Shown here piece after piece: positions 9,217 to 19,983 of a DNA stretch of 64,000 bases; positions within the stretch are counted from its first letter, which is position 1; every line of letters begins with the position of its first letter. The stretch is from contig JASMMA010000005.1 in the NCBI GenBank assembly GCA_030748415.1, positions 3,434 to 67,433 on the forward strand, given 5' to 3'. Made by a program: the position numbers and the translations under genes. The notes under the pieces are model-generated. The model had not been told where the DNA came from and searched no databases. It saw only the letters and a program-made list of their open reading frames with translations. Origin of the DNA: Planctomycetota bacterium. GTDB taxonomy: Bacteria > Planctomycetota > UBA1135.

Positions 9217-10878
9217 TTGCTCACACTCTTCTTTTTCTTCGCGGCCCTCGCTCCCCAGAGTAACCCCCTCTCGCCGGATGCCCTTCGGGCCGACCTTCAA
9301 CACATGGCGAGCGACTCCATGGAAGGCCGTTCAACGGGCTCCGCGGGAGCTCGACTGGCTGCGGACTGGATTGTGGAGCGTTACAAAAAATTGGGCCTGC
9401 AACCTCTTCAAGGGTCGTACAAACAATCCTTCCCCGCTGAACCACGCAAGCTTCACCTGGAAAACTGTAGATTGCAGGTTGGCAAAAGCACCCCTTGGCA
9501 AGCTGGGGATTGGTTTCTCCCGCACCCAAGTTCCCCCGCCGGAAATGTGTCCGGCGATGTCGTTTTTGTGGGGTACGGACTCGATTCTCCCAAGCATTCT
9601 TACAACGAATTTAAGGGTTTAGACCTGCAGGGAAAAGTCGCTCTACTTTTGCGCTGGGAACCTCAAGCCGAAAACCCGGACAGCATTTTCGATGGTAAGC
9701 GGCTTACTTCCGCTGCAAGTCTTTCCAAAAAAGTACGCAAGTGCGAAGAGCTCGGTGCGGTTGCAGTTTTGATTGCCGCCCCGCCCGGCATCGCCAAAAA
9801 GCGCGAGGCGGCTGGCAGCTCTTACTGGCCCACTTTTTCAAAATTGCACAAGACCCTCATGCCAATGCTTGAAATCCAAGCACAACTGGAAGAGCTTTCA
9901 AAAACCAACTTCACCCCCCATGATGTCGCGGACCAACTTTTTTGCATGCTTCAATCTCAGGCTCCGCTTGGCACTTCTATCCCCGTCGCGTTTGTCGGAC
10001 AGCCCGTTCTTGAAGCAGCCTTTGCAAATACCGACATCACTCCAAATGAATGGGTAGAAGAAACTGACCGATCTCTCACGGGGATGGGTTTCCCCACCCA
10101 AGTCCAGGCCCAACTCCAAATTGAATTCAAACCTCCTCAACGAGAGGGCGTGAATCTCTTTTGTGTCCTTCCTGGCTCCGATCCAGAACTAACCAAAGAA
10201 TTCATTGTGATTGGCGCTCACTACGACCATGTTGGGAAAAACAACCGCGGCGATATTTGGAATGGTGCCGACGACAACGCCTCCGGCGCAGTCGCACTTC
10301 TTGCGCTGGCCGAATCCTTCGCTCAGGAAGGCGCCCCCAAGCGCTCCCTTCTTTTTGTTCACTTTTCCGGCGAAGAAATCGGGTTGCTTGGAGCCGCGTG
10401 GTTTCTTTCCGCAAACCTAGTTCCGCGAGAACGAATCGCCGCAATGGTCAACCTGGACATGATTGGCCGATCCCAAAAGGGGAAGGTTCATGTTTTGGGA
10501 ACAAAATCATCGCCCATTTTTCCGCCTCTTCTTCAACGCAGTTCTAAAAACCTTAATCTTTATCCAAGCACGGAAAGCGAAGAGTTCTTCGACCGAAGCG
10601 ACCAAGTTGTTTTCTATCTCGCAGGAATCCCTGTCATTTTTTTTAATACCGACGAGCACGAGGACTATCACACTCCACGAGACACCTGGGACCAAATTCA
10701 CTACCCTGAAATGTCAGCGATTGCCACCCTCGCCAAACGAATGACGAAAGACCTTGCCAATATTCCTCAGCGGCCAATTTTCGTCGATGGTTATCATCGT
10801 TTGCGCGCAGTCTTTGGGAAGCGCCCCAAGCTTTTGGCCCCTTGGCCGGTTCCTTTCGAACAGCGACTCGACTTCTAA
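9217..10878 (+). CDS. M28 family metallopeptidase with PA domain
   Basis: Zn-ligand motifs are HYDHVG, DDNASGAVALLALAE, GEEIGLLGA and a C-terminal HTPRD. The only start in the open frame is TTG at 9217, giving a short hydrophobic N-terminus. Confidence 0.85.
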   Translation: MLTLFFFFAALAPQSNPLSPDALRADLQHMASDSMEGRSTGSAGARLAADWIVERYKKLGLQPLQGSYKQSFPAEPRKLHLENCRLQVGKSTPWQAGDWFLPHPSSPAGNVSGDVVFVGYGLDSPKHSYNEFKGLDLQGKVALLLRWEPQAENPDSIFDGKRLTSAASLSKKVRKCEELGAVAVLIAAPPGIAKKREAAGSSYWPTFSKLHKTLMPMLEIQAQLEELSKTNFTPHDVADQLFCMLQSQAPLGTSIPVAFVGQPVLEAAFANTDITPNEWVEETDRSLTGMGFPTQVQAQLQIEFKPPQREGVNLFCVLPGSDPELTKEFIVIGAHYDHVGKNNRGDIWNGADDNASGAVALLALAESFAQEGAPKRSLLFVHFSGEEIGLLGAAWFLSANLVPRERIAAMVNLDMIGRSQKGKVHVLGTKSSPIFPPLLQRSSKNLNLYPSTESEEFFDRSDQVVFYLAGIPVIFFNTDEHEDYHTPRDTWDQIHYPEMSAIATLAKRMTKDLANIPQRPIFVDGYHRLRAVFGKRPKLLAPWPVPFEQRLDF

Positions 10879-10880
10879 AC

Positions 10881-11780
10881 ATGGCAAAATCATTTCACAT
10901 CGGGCTGGACTTAGGTGGCACTGCCATTAAGGGTGGTGTGCTTTTGGATAACACTGCAGTCCATGAGGCGCGTTGTGAAAGCCCCATGAATTATGAAGGT
11001 TGTCTGGAGGCACTCTCTAATCACGCCAAAATTTTGGCCAAAGCGGCCGGGGCAACCCGCAATGACACATGTACCTTGGGTTTGGCGGCACCCGGGGCAG
11101 TCAACAAACCAGATGGGGTTGTATTGGATTCCCCAAACCTTCGGTTTTTAGATAAAAAGCCATTACGAGCAGATTTACACGCACGATTGGGTTGGTCAAT
11201 CACACTCGAAAACGATGCCTCCGCCGCTGCCTTGGGCGAATCCAAATTCGGCGCGGGTAAGCACCACCCCAGTTTTCTATTGGTCACTTTAGGGACAGGA
11301 ATTGGCGGTGGGGTAATTCTTGACCACCAACTTTGGTCCGGAACCGGAGGCCTCGCCGGAGAGTTCGGCCATATGCGAACCCATCATGAACGCCCCTGCA
11401 ACTGCGGAGGTCTTGGTTGCGTCGAGGCGGGCCTTTCTTCACCCCAACTTTTGAAGTGGGCACAAGCGGAAGGCAGTCAAGCAGATTCCCTCCCTGCACT
11501 AGCCCAAGCCGCCGACGAAGCAGACGAACTCGCCCTCTCAATTTTCAAACGCGCAGGAACACACTTCGGAGAGGCTCTAGCCCAAGTCGCCCTTCTCCTG
11601 GATTTGCGTGTGTTTCTTTTGGGCGGTGGCGGTGCCCCCATTCTTCCCCACCTTAAAGAGTCTGCACTTCAATCTCTTGCTGCTCGTACCTTAGGGCGCA
11701 AGCCTTCCGACTTTGTATTAGAACAAGCAACTTGCGGAAATCGCGCCGGGTGGTTGGGTGCGGCGCTTTCTTCCCTCTAG
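10881..11780 (+). CDS. ROK family sugar kinase (glucokinase-like)
   Basis: It has HIGLDLGGTAIKGG (ATP-binding) and the ROK Zn motif GHMRTHHERPCNCGGLGCVE. I chose the ATG at 10881, 2 nt after the upstream stop. Confidence 0.85.
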   Translation: MAKSFHIGLDLGGTAIKGGVLLDNTAVHEARCESPMNYEGCLEALSNHAKILAKAAGATRNDTCTLGLAAPGAVNKPDGVVLDSPNLRFLDKKPLRADLHARLGWSITLENDASAAALGESKFGAGKHHPSFLLVTLGTGIGGGVILDHQLWSGTGGLAGEFGHMRTHHERPCNCGGLGCVEAGLSSPQLLKWAQAEGSQADSLPALAQAADEADELALSIFKRAGTHFGEALAQVALLLDLRVFLLGGGGAPILPHLKESALQSLAARTLGRKPSDFVLEQATCGNRAGWLGAALSSL

Positions 11781-12652
11781 CAATCTCCGCCAGAATCTCC
11801 AGGTGACCACCAACCATGGGACATTGTGGTTGTGCTTTTAATCGCGGCGTAATCGCCTTCAACAGGAATGGAAATGGCGCCGCCTGCGCCTCCAAGTTCG
11901 CGCTCGATTCGATTCAATACATTTTGAATCGCTCCAGCGGGTTCTTCGCCCCGACGAATTCGGTCTGCAACCCTTGCAGCGAAAACTGCGCGCATGAACG
12001 CCTCACCGGTCCCGGTCGCGCTCACCGCACAAAGCTCATCGGCATAAGTTCCAACACCAATCAATGGGCTGTCACCGACACGACCGGGGAGTTTTCCCAT
12101 GGTGCCACCAGTGCTCGTTGCGGCGGCAAGGTCGCCATGGGCATCGCGCGCCACGGCGCCGACAGTGCCGCCGGCCCAGTTAGAAGAACCACCTTCTTGC
12201 ACCACATGCTTCCAAGCCTTTACGGCTGAAGGAACAATCAATTCATCTTCTTGAAGCCGTTCGAAGCCTTGAGCTTCAGCCCACCGCTCGGCTTCAATTC
12301 CTACTAGCAAAATTGTTTCTTCCTCCAATAAGCATTGAGCGACTCGGACGGGGTTTCGGAATGCTCCCAAACAAGCCACGCCACCTGCTCGGTTAGTCTT
12401 CCCGCACATCACTGAGCTATCCAAAGAAACGCCACCGTTGCAAGTTAGAGCGCAACCCTTTCCGGAGTTGTAAATCGGGTTGTTTTCTAAAGACTCCACA
12501 GCCGCGCAAACAGCTTCCACAGCAGTTCCTCCAGAATCCAACACCTCCCCACCCACCGAAGCGGCTAGGGCGCAGCCGTCGGCGTGGCGTTGCCGAGATT
12601 CAGTGGGAACTGAACCTGCGCCGCCGTGAACAAGAATGAGTGGCTCGGGCAT
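11777..12652 (-). CDS. isoaspartyl peptidase / L-asparaginase (Ntn hydrolase)
   Basis: It starts LILVHGGAG and has the autoprocessing site GTVGAVARD plus a GAGGAI C-terminal motif. Confidence 0.9.
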   Translation of the reverse strand: MPEPLILVHGGAGSVPTESRQRHADGCALAASVGGEVLDSGGTAVEAVCAAVESLENNPIYNSGKGCALTCNGGVSLDSSVMCGKTNRAGGVACLGAFRNPVRVAQCLLEEETILLVGIEAERWAEAQGFERLQEDELIVPSAVKAWKHVVQEGGSSNWAGGTVGAVARDAHGDLAAATSTGGTMGKLPGRVGDSPLIGVGTYADELCAVSATGTGEAFMRAVFAARVADRIRRGEEPAGAIQNVLNRIERELGGAGGAISIPVEGDYAAIKSTTTMSHGWWSPGDSGGDC

Positions 12653-12743
12653 GGGTTGGTGCTTTGAAGCTCGGAAAGTCTAACCATGCAACCGGCCTTC
12701 GGCTATGGTTTCAAGGGTTCAGCCGCGCCGATAAAATGCCCGC

Positions 12744-14123
12744 GTGACCCATAGCCCGACCGACTGGCTTGTTGCTCCCGCACTCCGCCTGGATCAAGGC
12801 GAAGGACTGGCGGAAGCGCTTCGTTGCCTCCGTGAGTTCGACCCACGGTTTTTCCTCATTTTTGGCGGCGATGCTGAAGATGTGGCGTGGCTCCATGAAA
12901 CCTTAGAAGAGGAAGCCGGACACCCCATCGTTTTTGCCGGTGACTTGGAACGCGGCGCCGGCCAGCAGTACGACGGGCTCACCCCCCTTCCCGATGCTTG
13001 GGCACTGGGCCAACTTGGTCCCGAAGCCTGCTACGACGCTGGACATCGCACTGCAAGCGAAGCGGCTCAAGCCCATGTACGCTGGATTTTTGGGCCTGTT
13101 TTGGATTTGCATCGCCTCGCACCTGAAGCAATCTGCTCTCCCATCATTGCCAACCGTGCATTCGGTGAAGAGTCCATGCGGATTATCGAGTGCGCTGGCG
13201 CTTGGATTAAAGGAGTCCAAGACGGCGGTGGATTTGCTTGCGGAAAGCATTTTCCCGGCCACGGTGCTTGCCCTCAAGACAGCCACATTGAGAGTGCGGT
13301 TTCATTTGAAGATCCGGAACCTCACCTCGTTCCTTTCCGTGCACTTGCAAAACATTTGCCCTCGATGATGACGGGGCATATTGAATTTCCCATGCTCGAT
13401 GAGGAAATGCGTTGCACCAGTCGCTCACCGGTCATCATGGATATTCTTCGGAAGGACATAGGCTACGACGGCGTTGTTGTTACGGATTCTCTTCGGATGG
13501 CGGGATTTGGCGACGGCCCGCATGAAGAACTTGCCGCAGAAGCCATTCACGCCGGATGCGACCTTTTGTTAGACCCCGAAGACCCCGTTGTTCTCGCAAC
13601 CAGTCTTCGCAACGCAATGGACCGAGGTGATTTGGCTCCGGATGCGGTCGAACGGTCTGTCAAACGCCTGGAATCTTTTATGGCTTCCATTTTGGAAACT
13701 GAAGCTGAAGCTCCGCGCCCCCTCGTCATGGGCGCAAGCACTAAACGCCTTCTGCATCCCCTGTACGGGGGTTCGCCCGGAAGAACTAAGTTCCCGCCAC
13801 CCGAAACGGTTCTTAATCTCGCCGGCACACCCGACGCAATTCGGTTCCTAGAAGATTGGGGACTTGAAGTTCTTCCTGCAGACTCCATTCCACCGGAAGA
13901 AATCCCCGGCGCAGTTTTGATTCTTTGTGGTGCACGCGAAGGCCGCGGCCTTCCACAACTTCCGGGCCCTTGGCTTGATGCCATTTCCCGCGACCACCCA
14001 ATCACTTATGTTGCCGGCGCACCCGAGGCCATTGACCTTCCACCGGCTAGCGTGAAAGGTTTCCACCTCCCAGGTATTTCACCCGCCCTGCTTGCGCTTT
14101 TGTTCGCTGCCGGAGAAGAATAG
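12744..14123 (+). CDS. glycoside hydrolase family 3 (NagZ-like beta-N-acetylhexosaminidase) with C-terminal extension
   Basis: It has KHFPGHG and VVTDSLRM motifs. The start is GTG. About 120 extra C-terminal residues extend beyond a typical NagZ. Confidence 0.8.
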   Translation: MTHSPTDWLVAPALRLDQGEGLAEALRCLREFDPRFFLIFGGDAEDVAWLHETLEEEAGHPIVFAGDLERGAGQQYDGLTPLPDAWALGQLGPEACYDAGHRTASEAAQAHVRWIFGPVLDLHRLAPEAICSPIIANRAFGEESMRIIECAGAWIKGVQDGGGFACGKHFPGHGACPQDSHIESAVSFEDPEPHLVPFRALAKHLPSMMTGHIEFPMLDEEMRCTSRSPVIMDILRKDIGYDGVVVTDSLRMAGFGDGPHEELAAEAIHAGCDLLLDPEDPVVLATSLRNAMDRGDLAPDAVERSVKRLESFMASILETEAEAPRPLVMGASTKRLLHPLYGGSPGRTKFPPPETVLNLAGTPDAIRFLEDWGLEVLPADSIPPEEIPGAVLILCGAREGRGLPQLPGPWLDAISRDHPITYVAGAPEAIDLPPASVKGFHLPGISPALLALLFAAGEE

Positions 14124-14138
14124 CGAAGGCGCACTCGA

Positions 14139-15932
14139 GTGTCTGCCTTCCACCCGCTAGATTGGATTGCCATCGGTGGGTACCTTGTCTTTGCTCTTGC
14201 TGTAGGAAGTTATTTATCTAAACGCGCTTCAAAATCCACCCAGGATTTTTACCTTGCGGGCCGTTCCCTCCCATGGTGGATGGCCGGCACTTCGCTCGTA
14301 GCAACCAGTTTTGCGAGCGACACACCCCTCGTTGTTACAGGTTGGGTTCGTACTGGTGGAATCGCAAGCAATTGGATTTGGTGGGGCTTTGCAGTAGGCG
14401 GTGCAATGTCGTTTGCCTTTCTAGCCGGCTGGTGGCGAAAGCTAGAGGTCACAACCGATGCCGAACTCATTGAGCACCGTTACTCCGGGCGACCCGCACG
14501 AATCTTGCGCGGGTTTTATGGTGCCTACCATTCTCTTATTACGAATACTTTAGTTCTCGCGTGGGTTCTGTTGGCCATGCTCAAAGTGGTACGAGTGGTT
14601 TTAGATATCGATGATTCCAGTTCGGATGTTTTAATTGTCGGCGGCGCTGTCGTACTCGCGATTACTTATTCCATCCTCGCCGGCCTTTGGGGAGTTGTTG
14701 TCACCGACTTCTTTCAATTCTTTCTTGCTCTGGGTGGAGCCATTTTGCTCGGGTGGAAAGCGGCCGACGCGCTTGGTGGTTTGGATTCAGCTCGCGAATA
14801 CTTTTCAGCAATGGAACCAGCAAAGACCGCACTTTTCCCTAGCCCGGGCGAAGGCGGCTGGACTTCCACCGCATGGTGGACTCAAGGCTTTACCGCCTTT
14901 TTGGTGTTAGTAGGTTTACAGGGTTGGGCAAATAAAAATGCCGACGGCGGCGGGCAAGCCGTTCAAAGATACTCCGCATGCAAGAGTGAGGGCCACGCCC
15001 GCGGCGCCGCTCTTTGGTTTCATATTGCCCACTATTGCCTTCGCCCTTGGCCTTGGATTTTCGTAGCCCTTTGTTCTTTAATCTTGATTCCAGAAACGGA
15101 TCTCCCCCAAATATTGGTGAACGGTGAAATTGTTCCCGACCACGAAGCTGCATATCCCATGATGATGGCCCGCTATCTCGGTCCCGGCCTGTTTGGACTC
15201 ATGTGCGCCAGTTTTTTGGCAGCATTCATGAGCACGCTGGATACTCATCTGAACTTGGCCTCTGCTTATGCTGTAAACGACCTTTATCGACGATTTATTC
15301 GACCAGAAGCCAAGCCTCAACATTTTGTTAATGTCGGGCGAGTCGCAGAGCTTTTTGTTGGCATCTTGGGAGCTTCGTTTGCATTATTTGCCGGGAGCAT
15401 TTCTAACTTGTTTACTTTTACTCTAGCTCTACTCGGCGGACTAGGACCTGCTTATTTACTGCGCTGGTTTTGGTGGCGCGCCAATGCCTGGACCGAATTT
15501 AGTGCACTCATCACTTCGGGATGCATGACTGTTTTATTGAAGTTCGTCCTTCCCAATTCTTTTTGGCCTGCTGCTCCATTTAATCAATGGCAAGAGGGAA
15601 TCCCTTGGGACCATTCAGGTCAGTATTTGCTGGTAGTCGGCGTGTCAATCTTAGTCATGGTCGCCGTCACTTTGCTTACTCCCCCCGTGGACTCTGAACA
15701 CCTTTCCCGCTTTCACGCCAAGGTGCGGCCCTTTGGCTTTTGGAGCAAGGTGAGCCAACTTAAACACAAACCCGGAACTGTCCGCGCCGCTTTTCAGGTT
15801 TGGTTTGGCGGCCTCGCCCTTCTCCTCGGACTCCTTATGGGAACAGGCACATGGCTCCTCGGCCAACCCGATTCGTGGGTTTGGTTTGCCATTGCGGCCA
15901 CAGGCTCTCTTCTACTCAAGCGCTCGTGGTAA
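14139..15932 (+). CDS. sodium:solute symporter family transporter
   Basis: The protein is 597 aa and polytopic. Its N-terminus, DFYLAGRSLPWWMAGTSLVAT, is typical of the SSF family. The start is GTG. Confidence 0.85.
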   Translation: MSAFHPLDWIAIGGYLVFALAVGSYLSKRASKSTQDFYLAGRSLPWWMAGTSLVATSFASDTPLVVTGWVRTGGIASNWIWWGFAVGGAMSFAFLAGWWRKLEVTTDAELIEHRYSGRPARILRGFYGAYHSLITNTLVLAWVLLAMLKVVRVVLDIDDSSSDVLIVGGAVVLAITYSILAGLWGVVVTDFFQFFLALGGAILLGWKAADALGGLDSAREYFSAMEPAKTALFPSPGEGGWTSTAWWTQGFTAFLVLVGLQGWANKNADGGGQAVQRYSACKSEGHARGAALWFHIAHYCLRPWPWIFVALCSLILIPETDLPQILVNGEIVPDHEAAYPMMMARYLGPGLFGLMCASFLAAFMSTLDTHLNLASAYAVNDLYRRFIRPEAKPQHFVNVGRVAELFVGILGASFALFAGSISNLFTFTLALLGGLGPAYLLRWFWWRANAWTEFSALITSGCMTVLLKFVLPNSFWPAAPFNQWQEGIPWDHSGQYLLVVGVSILVMVAVTLLTPPVDSEHLSRFHAKVRPFGFWSKVSQLKHKPGTVRAAFQVWFGGLALLLGLLMGTGTWLLGQPDSWVWFAIAATGSLLLKRSW

Positions 15933-16005
15933 CACCTGGCACAATCCTGGATTCTGAACACCGCCCCTTCGGAGCCACAGGGGTGCACTTCTTTATAATC
16001 CCTCC

Positions 16006-16710
16006 ATGGCATTTGAACGCACCCAACCTGAACAGTATCGCGGCATGATGGCGATTCAAGTCTCCTCTGCAGAGAGGATGGCTTTTATTCGGAAGGTTTA
16101 TTCCCTTTTCTCTTTGGCTTTAGTTCTCTTTGCCGGCACCACTTGGTGGGCCTGCCAAAGTGAATTTGCATTGCGACTCATCATGCCTCTCCTTGGCGGG
16201 GGGATTCTTAAGTTTTTATTGCTCATGCTTTTGATGTTTGGCATGTTGCGCTTGGCCATGAATCGTTTCCCCATCAACATTTTTGCCTTGGGGGCGTTTG
16301 CCTTTTTTATGGGGCTCATGACCGGTCCACTCGTCACCATGGCTTTAGCGCAAGGTGGCGTTGAAGTTGTCGCTCAAGCTGCCGTACTCACAACCGTCGT
16401 TTTTGGTGGCTTAACCCTTTACGCCCTCACGAGCAAAACGGACTTCTCCTTTTTGCGAGCTGGTCTTTGGATTGGATTCTCCATCCTTATTGGATTTCTT
16501 CTATTAGGGTGGCTGTTTGGATTTAATACCGGCGGCTGGGGGGTCTCTGCGGGATTCGTGCTCCTGATGTCTGGCTTTGTTCTCTACGACACATCCAACA
16601 TCATGCGGCGTTATCCAACCACCGCAGCAGTGCCTGCGGCAATCGCCCTCTTCTTAGACTTTGTGATTATGTTCCAGCACATTCTGCGGCTTCTATCCCG
16701 CAGAGACTGA
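16006..16710 (+). CDS. Bax inhibitor-1/YccA family membrane protein
   Basis: It has seven hydrophobic segments, FIRKVYSLF at the N-terminus and a basic C-terminal tail. Confidence 0.85.
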   Translation: MAFERTQPEQYRGMMAIQVSSAERMAFIRKVYSLFSLALVLFAGTTWWACQSEFALRLIMPLLGGGILKFLLLMLLMFGMLRLAMNRFPINIFALGAFAFFMGLMTGPLVTMALAQGGVEVVAQAAVLTTVVFGGLTLYALTSKTDFSFLRAGLWIGFSILIGFLLLGWLFGFNTGGWGVSAGFVLLMSGFVLYDTSNIMRRYPTTAAVPAAIALFLDFVIMFQHILRLLSRRD

Positions 16711-16713
16711 TTT

Positions 16714-18933
16714 CTAATCCCGCATCACGACGCATTTCTCGGATAAGTCGTACAGCGTCGGCATGAGAGGGCGGAGGGCCTGGGGGTTGTCGGCCTTGAC
16801 CAAGATTTGTCGGCGCCATCGATTCTTGAGGCGCTCCACGGGCGGGGGTGCCGGGCCAAGCAAACGCACCCCTTTCGCTTGAAGTTCGGACAAAGATGCA
16901 GCAGCTTTTTGGGCAGTCGCTTCCGCCTTTTCACGATTAGTATTCTCTATCATAATCCGAACGATGGAGCTGAAGGGTGGGTAGCCAAACTCGCGGCGCT
17001 CCTTCATTTCGACTTCGGCAAATCCCATAAAGTCATGGTGTGCTGCGTGACGAATAGCAGCGTGCTCAGGGATCCAAGTTTGCACAACTACCTGCCCCCC
17101 TTTGGAACTCCTGCCTGCACGCCCACCGACTTGAGCAATCAAGTCAAAGCACCGTTCGGCGGAACGGAAGTCGGGGTGGTGAAGGGCGGTATCGGCATCC
17201 AGCACTCCAACCAAAGTTACATTGGAAAAGTCCAAGCCCTTTGCAACCATTTGGGTGCCCAAAAGAATATCGTATTTCCCTGCACCGAAATCAGCGAGCA
17301 ACTCTTCGTAAGATTCCCGCCGAACCATGGTGTCGCGATCCATGCGGGCTATTCGAATGTCGGGAAACATGCGCTGAATGGTGAGTTCGGCTCGTTCAGT
17401 TCCAACGCCAACCAAAGAAATGTCTTCGCTGCAAGATGGGCAGGATTGCGGAAGAGGAAACTCCTGCATGCAAAAGTGACATAGAGCTTTTTCGCGCCAT
17501 CGGTGATAGGTCAACGCAATGTCACACCCCTTACATTTCACGGTGCCGCCACATGCGCGGCAATGCCATGCCGGCGCAAACCCCCGGCGATTCAAAAACA
17601 AAATCGCTTGTTCCTTCCGGCTTAAGGTTTCCTCCAGTGCGCGGCGCAGAGGTTCTGAAACAACGAGCCAATGTTTTTTGTCGGGTTTCTCCACGCGCAT
17701 GTCCACAATCTGGACAGGGGGCAAGGCGCCACCTGCAACTCGTTCGGGTAAATCTAGGCGGGCGAGTTCGCCTCGCCCTGCGGAAACCCAAGATTCCAGG
17801 GATGGTGTCGCAGAACCCAGCACGCAAACGGCGCCCTCAAGGCGAGCTCGTTCTCGAGCGACATCGCGGGCGTGATAACGCGGTGTGGATTCCTGCCGGA
17901 AAGAGGATTCATGTTCCTCGTCCACCACAATTAAACCCAAGTCAGGTACGGGAGCAAATAATGCGGAACGCGCACCCACCACGACTCGCAACCGACCTTC
18001 ACGCAGGGCAACCCATTGGTCATGCCGCTCGGCATCGGTCAAACCGCTATGCAAAACCGCGACATCGGAGCACCGAGCGCGAAATCGTGAAACTGTTTGA
18101 GGGGTGAGCGCGATTTCAGGAACCAAGATGATGGCGCCCCGGTTTTGTTCTAAACAACGCTTCAATGCTCGAAGATAAACCTCTGTCTTTCCTGAACCTG
18201 TAATGCCATAAAGTAAATAATCTGCGTGCTCGCGAGAATCCAGACCTGCACAAATGGAATCCACGCACAACTTTTGCTGGTGGGTCAGTTCAGGCGGAAT
18301 ATCCGGGGTGGAAGCCTGACCGCCAAAGGGGTCGTAAAACTCGCGGCGACGGTCAAAGCGAACCAGGCCCTTTTTTGCCAAAGTGTCTAAAGGGGAGCGC
18401 GACAAACCTGTGCGCGAACAAAACTCACGCACCCCCACCGGGCCGCCTGCTTGCACCAACCAAGCAAGTGCCTTTTCTTGCTTGGGAAATTTCCGCCTTA
18501 ACTCTTCAAGGGTTTCGCCTTCGGGAACAGAGACCACTTCAGCTGTAGGAATCGTGCGCCGTGGGCGGTCTTTACGGAGGGCAGCCGGCATCATGGCGGA
18601 AAGCGCCTGACCCCAAGAGCAAAAGGTCGTATCGGCTATGTGCCGAGCCAAACGCAGCAGTGAGTCTGTCAAAAGCGGGATTTCATCTAGAAGAATCCGA
18701 AGATCCCGCACTCGGCGTGGATCCAAATCCGGGGGCAAATGAGGGTCGGTGCCTACAACAACCCCAACCAAGTCACGCGTTCCAAAAGGAACCTTGGCGC
18801 GGCACCCCACTTCAACATCCTTCATGCCTGCGGGAATCCGATAGCTAAATTCGCGGCGGACAGGGGTATCCAAAGCAACCCGGGCATAGGGCCCATCGGG
18901 AGCGTCGAACAAAAAACCCTGATTGGAAGACAT
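16714..18933 (-). CDS. priA: primosomal protein N' (replication restart helicase)
   Basis: Walker A is GITGSGKTEVY and the DEAH-like box is VVDEEH. The Cys-rich Zn insertion reads CRACGGTVKCKGCD...CHFC...CPSC. Confidence 0.95.
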   Translation of the reverse strand: MSSNQGFLFDAPDGPYARVALDTPVRREFSYRIPAGMKDVEVGCRAKVPFGTRDLVGVVVGTDPHLPPDLDPRRVRDLRILLDEIPLLTDSLLRLARHIADTTFCSWGQALSAMMPAALRKDRPRRTIPTAEVVSVPEGETLEELRRKFPKQEKALAWLVQAGGPVGVREFCSRTGLSRSPLDTLAKKGLVRFDRRREFYDPFGGQASTPDIPPELTHQQKLCVDSICAGLDSREHADYLLYGITGSGKTEVYLRALKRCLEQNRGAIILVPEIALTPQTVSRFRARCSDVAVLHSGLTDAERHDQWVALREGRLRVVVGARSALFAPVPDLGLIVVDEEHESSFRQESTPRYHARDVARERARLEGAVCVLGSATPSLESWVSAGRGELARLDLPERVAGGALPPVQIVDMRVEKPDKKHWLVVSEPLRRALEETLSRKEQAILFLNRRGFAPAWHCRACGGTVKCKGCDIALTYHRWREKALCHFCMQEFPLPQSCPSCSEDISLVGVGTERAELTIQRMFPDIRIARMDRDTMVRRESYEELLADFGAGKYDILLGTQMVAKGLDFSNVTLVGVLDADTALHHPDFRSAERCFDLIAQVGGRAGRSSKGGQVVVQTWIPEHAAIRHAAHHDFMGFAEVEMKERREFGYPPFSSIVRIMIENTNREKAEATAQKAAASLSELQAKGVRLLGPAPPPVERLKNRWRRQILVKADNPQALRPLMPTLYDLSEKCVVMRD

Positions 18934-18987
18934 GGCTCAGCATTGTAAGGAGACGCGCCCGCCCCTCGGGCGTTACCCTTTGCTTTC

Positions 18988-19983
18988 ATGTCCCGCGACC
19001 CCTTCGATTCCCGCGCACCGGTCACAATCCTGACTGGATGGCTTGGCGCTGGGAAAACGACTCTCCTCAATCACCTCCTGACCGACCCCCACGGCCAGCG
19101 GTTTGCAGTGCTGGTCAATGAGTTTGGGGAAATCGGGGTGGATCAACGGCTCATCCGTCGTTCCAACGAGGACATTGTGGAACTCTCCAATGGCTGTGTT
19201 TGCTGCTCGGTTCGCGGTGACCTCGTGCGCACCCTGAAGCGACTTCGCAAGCGCCGCGCTTGGGGTCTGCTTCCTGCGCAAAGTTTCGACCATGTGCTTT
19301 TGGAAACCACCGGGATTGCCGAACCCGCTCCGCTCTTGCGCACTTTCCTTGTCGAAGAGGGTGTCGCCGCTTTGTACCGAGTTGATTCCGTTGTTGCGTT
19401 GGTTGATTCCGCCCATTGGAATCGTGCAGCCGCCGAAACTGCTGCTCGAGACCAAATTGCTCTTGCTGATTTTCTAGTTCTCAATAAAAAGGACTTGGTT
19501 GATTCGAAAGAGATGGCTCTTGTTGAAAAGGAAATCGTTCAACTCAATCCCATTTCCCCTCTACTCAAAACAACTCAAGCTGAGTTAGATTCAAAGATGG
19601 TCCTTCAAGCTCGAGAGCCACGGCCATTGAGCGAACTTGAAGGCTATCCAATGGGCCATCACCATAGCGAGAACGAGATTCATACAATCACGCTCACTAC
19701 CTCAAAGCCCCTAGATATCCTCAAGGCCGAACTTTGGTTCAACTCTATTGCCAGCTCTCACTCAGGAGAGCTTGTTCGATGGAAAGGTTTTCTCAACCTT
19801 GAGGGTTGCGAAGAACGAGCCATACTTCAGGGAACCTACGAACTCTTCAATGTTGCTTCGGAAAAGCCCTGGGGGACTCTTCCCCGTCGCACCGAGCTCG
19901 TTTTTATTGGTCGAAACCTCAAAAAAGAAAGCTTGGAGCGCGGGCTCCAAGCTTGTGTGGCTGGAAATCCGACGATTACTTAG
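18988..19983 (+). CDS. COG0523 (CobW/YeiR-like) GTP-binding metallochaperone
   Basis: It has GWLGAGKTTLLNHLL (P-loop), the CxCC-type metal motif GCVCCSVRGDL, and a His-rich stretch, MGHHHSENEIH. Confidence 0.9.
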   Translation: MSRDPFDSRAPVTILTGWLGAGKTTLLNHLLTDPHGQRFAVLVNEFGEIGVDQRLIRRSNEDIVELSNGCVCCSVRGDLVRTLKRLRKRRAWGLLPAQSFDHVLLETTGIAEPAPLLRTFLVEEGVAALYRVDSVVALVDSAHWNRAAAETAARDQIALADFLVLNKKDLVDSKEMALVEKEIVQLNPISPLLKTTQAELDSKMVLQAREPRPLSELEGYPMGHHHSENEIHTITLTTSKPLDILKAELWFNSIASSHSGELVRWKGFLNLEGCEERAILQGTYELFNVASEKPWGTLPRRTELVFIGRNLKKESLERGLQACVAGNPTIT